A program made the position numbers and the translations under genes. The notes under the pieces were generated by a model. The model searched no databases, was not told where the DNA came from, and saw only the letters and a list, made by a program, of their open reading frames with translations. This document shows positions 12,121 through 23,865 of a stretch of 64,000 nucleotides of DNA, piece by piece; the first letter of the stretch is position 1; every line of letters begins with the position of its first letter. Location: NCBI GenBank assembly GCA_964199315.1, contig OZ116702.1, positions 3,596,001 to 3,660,000 of the forward strand, read 5' to 3'. This DNA comes from Orbicella franksi. Taxonomy: Eukaryota.

Positions 12121-13846
12121 TGTCCCAGTACAGATGGTGGTTTTTGATCTTTTCATAGAGTTTCTTAATGGCCTATAGATAATAGATAAAATATAGTGCA
12201 TGTTTACTAGAGAGCTGATATATGCTAAACTTATGTATCAATATTGTTTGATATTGAAAAATATAAAATATGTAATGTGCAGTGTTTTTCATTTTGAGTT
12301 GATATGTACATGTATCTAATTCTTGAAGTAAATGGATTGAATTAAACAAATTAATGTTCTTACCTTTTTGCATTCTCCAGATATAATTTTATTCTGTACA
12401 GGATCATCTGTTGAAGTCTGTTGTATAACAGCATCAAACTGTTAATTAAAAGTGATGATTATTTGGGTATGGCATGGTATAGAAAAAAGAAAATGATTAC
12501 ATTGAAAGTATTTACTAAAAAGTTTTTTTAATATTTACCATTTTCCACAAGGGTTCCATAGAATCAAATATGTTAGTGATATTGATTGCATGATTTTTGG
12601 CCCACGTGTAGTCGGCCGCTATGATGTTATCTAAAAAATAAATGTTGACATCATTTAGCTGTAAGTGTCAGTAAGCCACTATTAATTGTTGCATCTACTT
12701 AGCATATGGTAAATGGTATATATTTAGAACTTTGCAGTTTTGGAAAATACATAGAAGTTAAAATATTTCATTAATGAAGTAAGTTAATTTTGCAGACGTT
12801 ATTTTCACATCTAGTCCTTTTGATATAATTTCATCTGTGTTTGTGTGGTGGAGTTGAGAATAGTTAATTTGTCAACTTATGGCAAGTGCACAGTAATGTA
12901 TTCTATGTCTATTACTGTTCTGACTGTTTGAAATGCCTGAAATGTAGCCAATAATTATTTTTGTCAAATATGACAGTTTAGATGTCCCAGTAGAGATGGT
13001 GGTTTTTGATCTTTTCATAGAGTTTCTTAATGGCCTATAGATAATAGATAAAATATAGTGCATGTTTACTAGAGAGCTGATATATGCTAAACTAATGTAT
13101 CAATACTGTTTGATATTGAAAAATATAAAATATGTAATGTGCAGTGTTTTTCATTTTGAATTGATATGTACATGTATCTAATTCTTGAAGTAAATGGATT
13201 GAATTAAACAAATTAATGTTCTTACCTTTTTGCATTCTCCAGATATAATTTTATTCTGTACAGGATCATCTGTTGAAGTCTGTTGTATAACAGCATCAAA
13301 CTGTTAATTAAAAGTGATGATTATTTGGGTATGGCATGGTATAGAAAAAAGAAAATGATTACATTGAAAGTATTTACTAAAAAGTTTTTTAATATTTACC
13401 ATTTTCCACAAGGGTTCCATAGAATCAAATATGTTAGTGATATTGATTACATGATTTTTGGCCCATGTGTAGTCGGCCGCTATGATGTTATCTAAAAAAT
13501 AAATGTTGACATCATTTAGCTGTAAGTGTCAGTAAGCCACTATTAATTGTTGCATCTACTTAGCATATGGTAAATGGTATATATTTAGAACTTTGCAGTT
13601 TTGGAAAATACATAGAAGTTAAAATATTTCATTAATGAAGTAAGTTAATTTTGCAGACGTTATTTTCACATCTAGTCCTTTTGATATAATTTCATCTGTG
13701 TTTGTGTGGTGGAGTTGAGAATAGTTAATTTGTCAACTTATGGCAAGTGCACAGTAATGTATTCTATGTCTATTACTGTTCTGACTGTTTGAAATGCCTG
13801 AAATGTAGCCAATAATTATTTTTGTCAAATATGACAGTTTAGATGT
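12121..13846. repeat. Near-identical tandem duplication, period 861-862 bp (12121-12982 and 12983-13846)
   Basis: tgtcccagta at 12121 and 12983; about seven differences counted by eye across the unit. Confidence 0.95.
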
Positions 13847-14290
13847 AGTGCTTAATTTTGTTACTTTGATATATATTTTTTTTTTTACAAAATGTACTCA
13901 TGGAAAATATTAGACTTGAGCTTAAAGCTACTTCATGGTTGTTGAATTATTTTATTGGTAACTATCAATAGTTAGTGTTTTAATGTTTAATTACCTCGTA
14001 ACACCTTGTGTTAGATGTAATCTAAAACACAAATTCAAAGTAAAGTTAATTTTCTTACAGTTCTGAGTTTATAGTACTGCTAGTCACAAGAAACTTTACT
14101 ATCGATCAGAATTTATTATTTTGCAATTAAAAATTTGTTATTTAGTTACTCATCCCCTAATTGTAGATAACTAACATGTACTGTTCTTGCCCTTTGCTGG
14201 TTGTAATATAGTGCTACACTTAGTACTTCTACAAAACATTAATCCCTTGCTTTTACTAGAGTGTTTTTTATTTCATTGAAACAGTATTAA
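13837..14290 (-). pseudogene. Inverted, circularly permuted copy of 8598-9050 carrying copies of RING-gene exons 8713-8739 and 8959-9005
   Basis: 13837-14136 is the reverse complement of 8598-8895 and 14137-14290 is the reverse complement of 8897-9050, so the order is swapped. The copied 27-nt exon has TCA>TAA. Confidence 0.9.
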
Positions 14291-14620
14291 GAAAACGTTT
14301 CTCAATAAATTGAAATGAATACAAGCACTTTTGATTTTCTGTTCTATGTTTCCGTTCTATTTCACCCTGTGCAGAATCACATCTTTTTGGCCTTTTCTTA
14401 AGGTTAGTTTGCCAGGTCACGTTCATCATTGTTAACAAGAATTACCACTTACTCCTCCACCTGGTCTTCTTGTAAAGTCAAACTCTCCATCCTGAAAAGG
14501 AATGTTTGCTTTAGTTCCCCGTTGCACTTAGTTATTAATTATAAATTAGTTACTCATCGCCTAGTATCCCTTTCCCTTTATTCTGCTAACTGGAGTCCTT
14601 TTTGTAAACGCCTACTCAAA

Positions 14621-15212
14621 GGGTGTCTTGAAAACCCAAATAGCAAAGCGAATATAGTAGCGAATAGCGAATAGTTCCGAATAGTACCAATAGTCTCAAA
14701 TAGTGCGAATAGTGGCGAACAGTCGCGAAAAGTAGCAAATACTGACGAATAGTCCTCAACAGTTACCGCTTTAGATCTAATATCCACCGTTAATTAATTA
14801 TCCAGATAAGCAACAGAATCTCAGTGAGTTTATTACCTTTTCTTCTCCGGACTCAGGCTAGTAGGCTGGCCATCGCAGACATTAACAAAACAGAAAACAC
14901 AAAGATAACGTAACAAAAACGTATTTACACTTTTGCAGCGGTGAAAACAGAAGAAATTACGTTTAGAAACACCTGTCCTTATAAGCATCTGTGCTTTTTG
15001 GCTGAAAAAACCCATCCTAAGTCGCTACAAGGTTAGCAGCGAGATACTGGGTACCCTATTTGTTACTATATGCCAATATTTGCCACTATTATCCACAATA
15101 CACTACTATTAGAGACTGCTCGCAATTATTCGCACTATTCGCTATTCGAGACTATTCGCTGTTCGGTATTCGAAACTATTCGCTATTCGCTATTCGCCTT
15201 TTCTAGACACCC
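14621..15212. mobile_element. MITE (592 bp) with GGGTGTCT termini and subterminal GCGAATA repeats
   Basis: gggtgtcttgaaaa at 14621 and ttttctagacaccc ending at 15212. Arrays of gcgaata (left) and tattcgc (right) are in inverted orientation. Confidence 0.8.
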
Positions 15213-16711
15213 GCTACTAGGACTTTACTTTAACAGCACTCTATCGCGTTTAGTATTTCTGTGCAACACTTTTAGCATAGTTAGCAATATCCCACAGACC
15301 AAACATTTTTATCTGAAGATCATTTTTCTTTCTCTGCTGAAAAAACCAAAACTTCTCATAAACGAAATTCTTTCTTTGTACCATCAGCGCAGACAGCGCA
15401 AACATTGGAAGTATCGAGGGGTTGTTCGGATAGCCATGTACGACCCCTAAACTCAATTGACAATTGTTTAAACATTAGCTTTTAAGTTAACAAAACGTTG
15501 ACAAATAGGGTTACCAGTCACCAACTTACTTCTAAGTTATCAATTACCATTAACGAGATTACCGGAAAAAGTTAGTGGCAGCTATAGTCCGCATTTCCTT
15601 GAACCTAGACCGGCTCAATCAAGTGCATAATCTTCTACTTAAAATTGTGAATTGTAAATACAGTTCCATACAGTTTTATTACCACGGCTTATTTCCACTT
15701 TTTCCTAATATCCTTCTGATATACCATATCAGTGAAGTTTGCAAGGAATTAATTGATGCCTCAACCATAACCTTAACAGGAAGCGCTCGTTCAGCTTACA
15801 ATGAAAAATTTTTATCGACCTCCGCAAAGCACAGAAGTGTATATCAAAGGGAAGTGGCAATTCGTTAAAGTAACAAGACATGCAGATCAATGAATGAATC
15901 CGTGAACACTGTTGGAGACTTTTTGTTTGATCATAAATGAAATAATAGGCAAACTTCTCATTATTCCATAATATCACTCACAACACTGCGTGAATTCACT
16001 GTTTCTTCACATTCTGCCCACTGACTAAATAGAGCCGGTATTTTCGGTAAGAAAAAATAAGGAGGGCCAGAACGGGGTCCAGATTAAGGGGTCCGCATTT
16101 TTTACCAACCCCATCCGCCAGAGTCTGAAAAAAACAATACTAGTTGGGTGGAGCATCCATCCAATCTTATAGGAAGTTTAATGGTTTAGTTCCATGGACT
16201 GCTTCCACATTTTGAATAACAGCATAATACAGCATAATACAGCTCTAGTACACCTTAACTCTTACTGTCCATATACCTGAAAGTTCTTGTATTTTTCTAG
16301 GGGTCACGAGGGTCACGTGACCTGAATTTTTCCCGCCAATTCTTACACTTATAAAAGAAAACGATAAATGGCATACAAAAACAGAACAAAGATTGAGAAA
16401 ATTATACTTTTAAGTTTTGTTTGTTGCATTCCACCCCTTACCCCATACTTTCTTGAAAATAGCATGTTCCTAAAGATCCATAATTTGCTAATGTAGCACA
16501 TTCAGTACAGTAACAACAGACTAGTACAGTAATGAGAAACCATAAACTGCAAGGGACCGCATACGATAAACGCTGCCAACGTAGGATCTACAAGAGATCT
16601 GATTAGCCAAAAAAAAAATGTATGAAGACAAGCAATAGACTGCAAGGCTGATACTACGTGAAAAATGTTTCGAGACACCAACATGACAAGAACCGATAAA
16701 GCAGGATCGCA

Positions 16712-16756
16712 ACAGTGGACAGCTGTTTCGCCCTTCTTGGGGCTCGTCAGCACTGT
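16712..16756 (-). ncRNA. Minimal type-I hammerhead ribozyme within a Penelope-type/retrozyme-like repeat (about 16500-16790)
   Basis: Minus strand reads acagtg CTGACGA gccc caagaa gggc GAAA cagctg TC cactgt: 6-bp stem I, intact core, 4-bp stem II, palindromic stem III and a GUC cleavage triplet. Confidence 0.85.
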
Positions 16757-16799
16757 GTAAGGCCAGCCCAGCAGCCAACGCACATAAATTGCAAAATGA

Positions 16800-16925
16800 C
16801 CCGTGCACTATATCAAGTTCCGTACTTTGAACTCACTTGCGCCCCGAAACACGCGTTGCCACATCACATGTTTCGGGGCGCCCCGATTTTGAACAATAAA
16901 GACACTATTTATTTATTTATTTATT
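16800..16925 (+). mobile_element. Probable non-LTR retroelement 3' end: 13-bp perfect stem-loop, AATAAA and (ATTT)n tail
   Basis: gcgccccgaaaca (16839-16851) pairs with tgtttcggggcgc (16869-16881); followed by aataaag and atttatttatttattt. Confidence 0.5.
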
Positions 16926-18291
16926 CATGATGTCATATCACAATTTGCGTCTTCGATTCAAAGTTAAGTGCATTATTACAAATCGATACAAACATGCAAT
17001 ACTGATCATCCCTGAAAAAACCTACAACTTCTGTTACAAAATGCTCATCAGTACCGCTTATAACTACAACACGTTTTCTGTGAAGAAATCCCTGTTCAGT
17101 GCAGCCTTTATTTATCATCTCAACAAATCGAGCGCTCCTTCGCGTAATACTTTGTCATTGTACTGTTTAGATCATCGGCATTGTTACCCTTTTTGTAAGT
17201 CCGCTCTACTTATTTGATTTCATTGAAATCTAACTGAAACCGGCTAAAAGCGGTTTACCGGTGAGCATCGCGCAGTGTGATTATCAATCGACTTTCATCG
17301 CGATCTGAAATAATTGCTGACGCTTTCCACACTACTTGTACTAGCTCATAACAATCAATTCAGCTATTTTCCATCATGCAATATATGTCCTGTTCGCCCT
17401 AATGAAAACTGCACAATATTTTAGAAACTGCACACTAACAACTCACCTTTCGATAACAACATCCATGGTTAACACTCTACACACAGCAAAGCTATTTGCT
17501 GCGGAGCGAGCGTAGCGAACGAGCAGCAACATAATCAGGATTTAAGAAGAATATTTGGAAGGGAGCACGAATTCTCGGATTCATCGCTTTTTACCAGAAT
17601 GCATTGCATTTAACCAGGGTGCACTGCGTTACTTTTTACCAAAGTGCATTGCCCCACGCTCAACACGACGTCACTCCATCTTTTCGCGTAGATTCCAGTG
17701 AGAAAGGTTTAATAGTGGTTATGTTTTGCTCTGATTTACCTGTATTTTAAGACAATGTGAAGGAGATCGTGCTTGACTTTCACAAATCTTCCTTTTGTTC
17801 TTAATGTAGCATGTGAAAGTTTGTAAATCTGGACGATTAATTGTGACATCCTAATTTTAAACTTAGTATGTCATTTCTTAGCAGTCTCGCCTCCTTGGTC
17901 GAATTCTTAAGTGAAGAGAAATCGTCATTACTAAAGCTTGTAGAATGATTAAAACAAACGAAAACCGTAGAACACGCTAATTTCATAGATGCTGCGATCT
18001 ATTCCTTTTCATCCAAACATGAATTTTAAGTTAAAGCTTTAGCATTTTCACACATCGCGATGCACGCGTCCTCGACACAGTCTGTCAACATTCTAGAGAT
18101 ATTTAATGCGTACCAGTACATAATCTTTAAGTTAGATTTCTGCTCCAACAATTTCCACATCTTTCGGTTTTCGCGATCTGGTAAAGGGGAGGTTGATGTG
18201 TATCGTTTTCTGTCCAAAAAAAGTTCAGATCACTATGTGCTTTCTTTTCCCGGCCCTTGTTACAGCTCACCATCGATGCGTCATCATACAC

Positions 18292-18407
18292 GAAGTTGAT
18301 GCATACAGGGACAGATTTTAAGTTACACACCACGATTTGACACTACTTTAAGAATTGATGCATTCAAGGACAGATTTTAAGTTAGACACCACGATTTGAC
18401 AATACTT
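18292..18407. repeat. Two-copy tandem repeat of about 60 bp
   Basis: ttgatgcat..a.ggacagattttaagtta.acaccacgatttgaca.tactt occurs twice. Confidence 0.85.
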
Positions 18408-20046
18408 CAGTTACGAAATAAAGGTTATAGTAAATCTTGGAACGCGCAGATAGATGAATTACTGCGTTAAATATGTCACTATCAACAGAATGTGCCGCAG
18501 CAGTACTATCTTTTAGATACCCTAGTTTACAATTATATCTTTCCAAGCTGTTATTGACAGAGATCAATTTCATATCAAATTTTTCGGTTTACGCCTCATT
18601 AGAACTTGTCTTCAAAGTCAACTGCCTGCAGATATGTCTAACAGGAGAAATGTTGTTCATTCTTTTAAAATTAAATTGACAGTTAATGGAACATCTTAAA
18701 AATAAGTTGAAAACAGGCCCACTAATTCAATTCGAGAAAGTGTTAAAAAGCTTTTTGATTTGGACAACAATCCCTTGAAGTTTAGATCTACTATTCGTTG
18801 CGCAAATTATCCCAAAAATAAAATCACAAGTCCCTATTTAACACCAGCCGTTTAAAAGGATTAAGCTATAATTATCTGCACATAATGACCAAATGATACT
18901 GTGGCGAGCGGATGTTCTGACTGGTGCTGATGGTTAGATTATGTAAAGAAACACAGAAGTACATAGTTTCAAGGCCCACCGCCGGAGTTTCCCCGCCTTT
19001 CAAGTAGTGCATCTTAACCTACACGGAAAGGTGACAAACTTAAACAAAGCAGCATTAGAAATCCATATCTCAACTGTTTGGACAAACTTTCATTACAATT
19101 TGTTTTGAAGCCCGGTGAAATCTGTTAAGCAATAATTCACCTCATCAGTGAATTGTATCACCCTAGATCTTCACGCGATAAACAAGTAATCTCGAAAGCG
19201 CGCTATAACTCCTCTTTACGCATTTGCTATTTCAAGTGTCTTCCGGATTGAATCCATTTTCAGTAGCAGCTTCTATGGCATAATAAAACCCTTCCAAATC
19301 CTCTGCAACTTAACGTGAGTTGCCGACCTTATCACTTCTTTGTGCTCCTGCCTGCAATTATCTTTAAATTTCAGTCGGAATTTGTTCCCTCAACACCGAC
19401 GGCGCACTTGTCTTATCACCATCGTGCTAATTAGAATACTCTCTAAGGGGTTTCTCAACTGCAATCTTCATCTCCAAAGCAGCTGTTTGCATTCCGTTGT
19501 AATCCATTAACCTGTATTGCTATGGTCACAATTGTTCAGTTGATGTTATTACGCAGCCAGTCCTACTCGGTGTTGTCTTTTCACTGTAGGGGGTGTGGTT
19601 CACTGTCTTTATTGTCTACACTTCACTGTCTTCACTCGTAACACTGGCTTTGAAGGTTGCCTAAAGGCAAAACTACACATTTACAAGCTTACAATGTCAT
19701 CTGTGATACATGGAAACTTCATTCTACAAATGCTCGATTGGCTGGTCTAAACATTATGGGGCGTTCTATTTATATTTGCGGATAAATCGAACGGCATGGC
19801 ATCTTTCGGTCCGCCTCAATTCAGAATTGTCTCAATTCCTTTCACCGCAGATTTCTCGAGCTTGTACGCATATTGTCCTCAAACGCTGTCGTTTAAAAGT
19901 GGCAAACTGAACAAAGATTGAATGACAAAGGTAAGCTTCATGAAATACCGATTTCTGTCTTATTAGGAGATTGAGAATACATATATTGTATCTTAAGCCG
20001 TCGTTCCTCACGCGTTTGTTTACTCTAAACAAAAGCACACCTATCC

Positions 20047-20139
20047 TAGGCTCGATTTCCGCCGCTTTCTCGAGTCCGGTCTACGTTCGGGGGAGTAGCG
20101 CGGGCTCCTTTCCCGAACAGCGGCTGGTAATCGAGCCTA
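20047..20139. mobile_element. 93-bp MITE with TAG...CTA termini and a perfect 9-bp TSD
   Basis: TIR taggctcgatt / aatcgagccta; TSD cacctatcc at 20038-20046 and 20140-20148. Confidence 0.9.
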
Positions 20140-22696
20140 CACCTATCCTCGCTTGCCTTCTTTAGAAAACCATTTATATGCTACCTGACTTTTAAAATAT
20201 TGCTTCTGCGAGAGTGTGAATTCTGAAAAGATAATTATTGCGCGCGAACAATTATGCATTGTCTTATTGCTTTCTGCTCTGCGAGCAAAGCGAGAGTATC
20301 CAGTTCTAGTAGAATAATGCTTCCGCGCGGATTTTGCGAGAACTACAAATTTTCTTCGTGCTCATTTTGTTGTTATTTGTTGCAATTGCGTTAAAGACTT
20401 TTTGAGTCAATTCCAAATCTAATTAACTGTTAAATACTGTGTACAATGACCGTATTTCTGAAACCTTGCTTAAACCCAAATTTCCCTCGACAAATTTTAT
20501 GTCGTTTTGTTGTAATGCTAACGGTTATCTTAGACCAAACAACGACTTTTTTGCTTCCAATAGTGTTTTTTTAGACAACTAAGCTTAGAAGGCGTGAAGG
20601 ACTTTTTTGGTTACTTCGTTGACTCCATAGATGTTCTCAAAGCTAATGCATGTTTCTGAATATTTCGTTGCTATTTTATTGCAAACGGTTTAGGTCTAAA
20701 ATTTTGTCACTGCTTCATTTTTTCTCTTCCTGTTACTTATAATTTTCTTTGGTGTATGAACGCATGTTTTGAAATCCAAAATTGTCGAGAACTGAAACAG
20801 AAAAATGTAATAATACCCTTGAAGTTTTCTGATTGAAAGGTTTTTACATGAAAAGGGAATTTACAATCTCACTTGTAGGTCATGCTTTCAGGACAACATG
20901 TAATCTGTCCCCTAAATGTATTTCATAGTTGCTTAATGTTAGGCCAGCCTCTTTAATTCATCCTCCAATACCTTTGTCTTCGTTCGCCGTTAGAGTAAAC
21001 ACTACTACGAATAAAGTAAATACCTTCATTGGCGTGTTTCTTGAAATTTTGCTCATCTTTCTTAAGCTGGTTGGTAATTTGTGTGCTCCCTTACATTGAT
21101 GGGATCTGTGTAACACTTTCTCTGTGGATACAAAAAAGAATACCAATTTATCACATTTATCACGAAAAACATGGACAAAAATACAGAAAGTTGTCTGTCA
21201 CAGTCTGTCAAAACTGCTTAGATCGCCCCACTTCCGGCAAAGTGTAAAAGCTTAGTTGCTCAGTTCAATATGGTGATTACAAAATAAATACCTTGTTCAT
21301 GTCCAGTGTTCGTTTGCCTTAGAGGAAAAAGCAAAACTTCATTAATGTTAGAAATGCCTTACATAAATGCTGGGTCTGTCTTTTCGACTTATGGGGGTCT
21401 TAGGGTATTCGTTTTAGAGAAACCCTTGAGTGAAAGATTTTAATACATCCCAATACATGAAATAAAATGTATGTGTTCATATAATCTACTGTTACAACAG
21501 GAACATGTAGTCCAAAAGCACTCCTTTTTAATTCCCCTTACCGGCCATCTTTCCTTATTATTCGAATAGTAAATAAATTTCTCCGATCGTATAATGGTAA
21601 TCTAACTTTAAATATGTCCACTGTACAGACTACATAAACGTATGCAATACTTTATGCAATGGTATATCGATACTCACGATGTGCTCAAAACTTCCGTAAA
21701 TCTTACCTTGATTTGAAAGTACAACCAGCTTTGAGTTGTATTGTCATCCTCAATCTATTCATTCGGGGAAAAAATTGCCCTTCCAACACTTATTTCAATT
21801 CCTTAACACCTGGGGTGGCTGTTAGTTTCGTGCAAAGTTTTCCAAGCACAACAAAAATTTCCTTTGTGTTTCAAAAACTTCAAACCATATCTTAACTAGA
21901 AAACTCCTTCCCATTCCATCAAACCTAAGACGACGGTCAAACGTATAACGTGCCTGCGGGGTTCTCCTGTTACCTGTCTCTTAGTAACTATTTGATTGAG
22001 CAACACATGGGCCAAAAGAAAAGCCAATTAGTTTATCCAAGAATTAAGCTATGGACACACGGTGTTTTTTTTTTTTGTTTTTTTTTGGAAATCTCAAAAT
22101 TAATAGTCACAAACATGTCCCACTAAAAACCTTCTTCACGAAATGACACTTAAAACCGGAAGAGACATTTTATTTCTGGTCATCTCAATATGGTGTGTGA
22201 ACTTATCATTCCCATATACAAAGCGTTAACCTTGAAGGTATCTCAACACACATAAGCGCTGAAATTTAGGGTGTTTTTCGCTGCTCGTGCGGTTGCTAGG
22301 GTAACTTATTGTATCTCGAAGATGTTCACAACATGTCGAGCAAAAATTAATTTTCTTTATTAATAGCCATTGAAATGAAGTTGTACTGATGACAACACTT
22401 TTGCTTTCCTTTTTACAGATGAATGGCTTTTGGACAAACTGATGCAACTGTATGCATGGCCCAAACATGACTTTGGAGAGTCATTCATAGCATACCACAT
22501 CGCAAAGACAAAGAAAAAAAAACAAATGAAACATACGTCTCAATGAAACCAGTTTATTAAAGTACAAAGAAGCAAAACCAACAAGATATATAGATTATGT
22601 ATAAAGACACTAGTACAAGTTAAACTTACAAGGAAAAATGATTTCATGCTTCATCGTAAAACTAACAAAAGTTCTGTTCTCGAGCTGGAGTATTAA

Positions 22697-23631
22697 TCAA
22701 GTAATGAACTGTGACAGAACCTTCGGCAACACAGGATCGCGTGACTCACGGTGACTTTTAGAAGTGTACCTGTTCCTTCTCACCACCATTCTATAGTAAT
22801 TAATAAAATCCCTATCTTGGGGCATGGCGCATAGAATTTTTTAAATCTCGCAGACCAGATGAAGACCTGCTCAGCGACTGGCGTCGTCAAGTTTGGATAC
22901 TTTTCCTTTAGCGGCTGCGAAAAATATATCTCATGACAAAGCTTGTTTTTATGATTATCTAGGTGTAATCTATCGATCACCTTAGTAATTCTTAACCACG
23001 TTTTGTCAAAAGGAAGTTCTAGAGGCAGTATTTTTTGACACAGACCATTTTGCATACATTACACATATTATCTTAAGATAGCATAAAATTCTCCCATTCT
23101 TCTTCCGGAATGTTCTTTAGTATTCCGTACAGATAATGGTTCCAAGAAGGAAGACCTGACCCGCCGACTCTGCCCTGAAAAAACGCAATGGAAGGAATTA
23201 AACATTAACGATAACAAAACAATCCATGCGGTACAATTTGCATCGTAAACAATAATTTGCATGGCTTGCAGCTGGTATTGCTGTTGTTTTCTATCTGTGA
23301 AAGTAAACTAAAAACATGCAAAAGGGATTTTATGAAGAAATATGCTTGCGTTGATATGATGCTGTGCCGATTTTTCATTATTACGACATCAATATGAACA
23401 GGCCAGGGATAATGTTGCAAATTAGAATTTGTTCCCTTACAAAAGAGAGAAACCCTGCCTAACAATGTATTTTGCTGACACTGAAACTCATGAGTAAAGA
23501 GCAGACCAGCTTTCGATATGCTCACTACCGCGCACGAAATACAGCAAACCACGTGACCATTTCTGCAAGCATTTCTGATTGCCTCCAGTGTCCTTATTGC
23601 ATACATCACCACAAACTGCCTCGCTTGTAGA
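22697..23631 (-). pseudogene. Decayed KDZ (Kyakuja-Dileera-Zisupton)-like transposase remnant, two exons (about 23631-23490 and 23174-22697)
   Basis: Conceptual translation across frameshifts and a stop gives CNKDTGGNQKCLQKWSRGLLYFVRGSEHIESWSALY / AESAGQVF / (Y>stop)DNMC / IDRLHLDNHKNKLC / NLTTPVAEQVFIWSARFKK / MVVRRNRYT. These motifs match my recollection of the KDZ catalytic D..H..E arrangement; family assignment is unverified. Confidence 0.6.
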
Positions 23632-23865
23632 GTTAAATATGAGAAGTTCTTTGTTGTTATTGATAAATGCAGCAGTGCCTAGTTGTTATATATAAAAACA
23701 GATCGCAAAAACCTTTGTTACTGTTAGTTGATGAAGAACAAAGGTGTTGAAATCGAAAACAGCACAGAGACTACGTAAAGAAAACAATATACAAGGATTA
23801 TTTCAAGCAACGAATAAATCCTGTACCACTCTGTACAATCTTGCTGTTTTGCTACTAATGATTGA

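Noticed and set aside
15070-15450. 126-aa ORF
   Set aside because: Largely the translation of the TATTCGC repeat array of the MITE.
16311-16322. GGTCACGTGACC palindrome (CLEAR/E-box)
   Set aside because: No gene start nearby; a single motif cannot support a regulatory call.
23205-23612. 135-aa minus-strand ORF
   Set aside because: Runs through an intron in a different frame from the transposase-like motifs.
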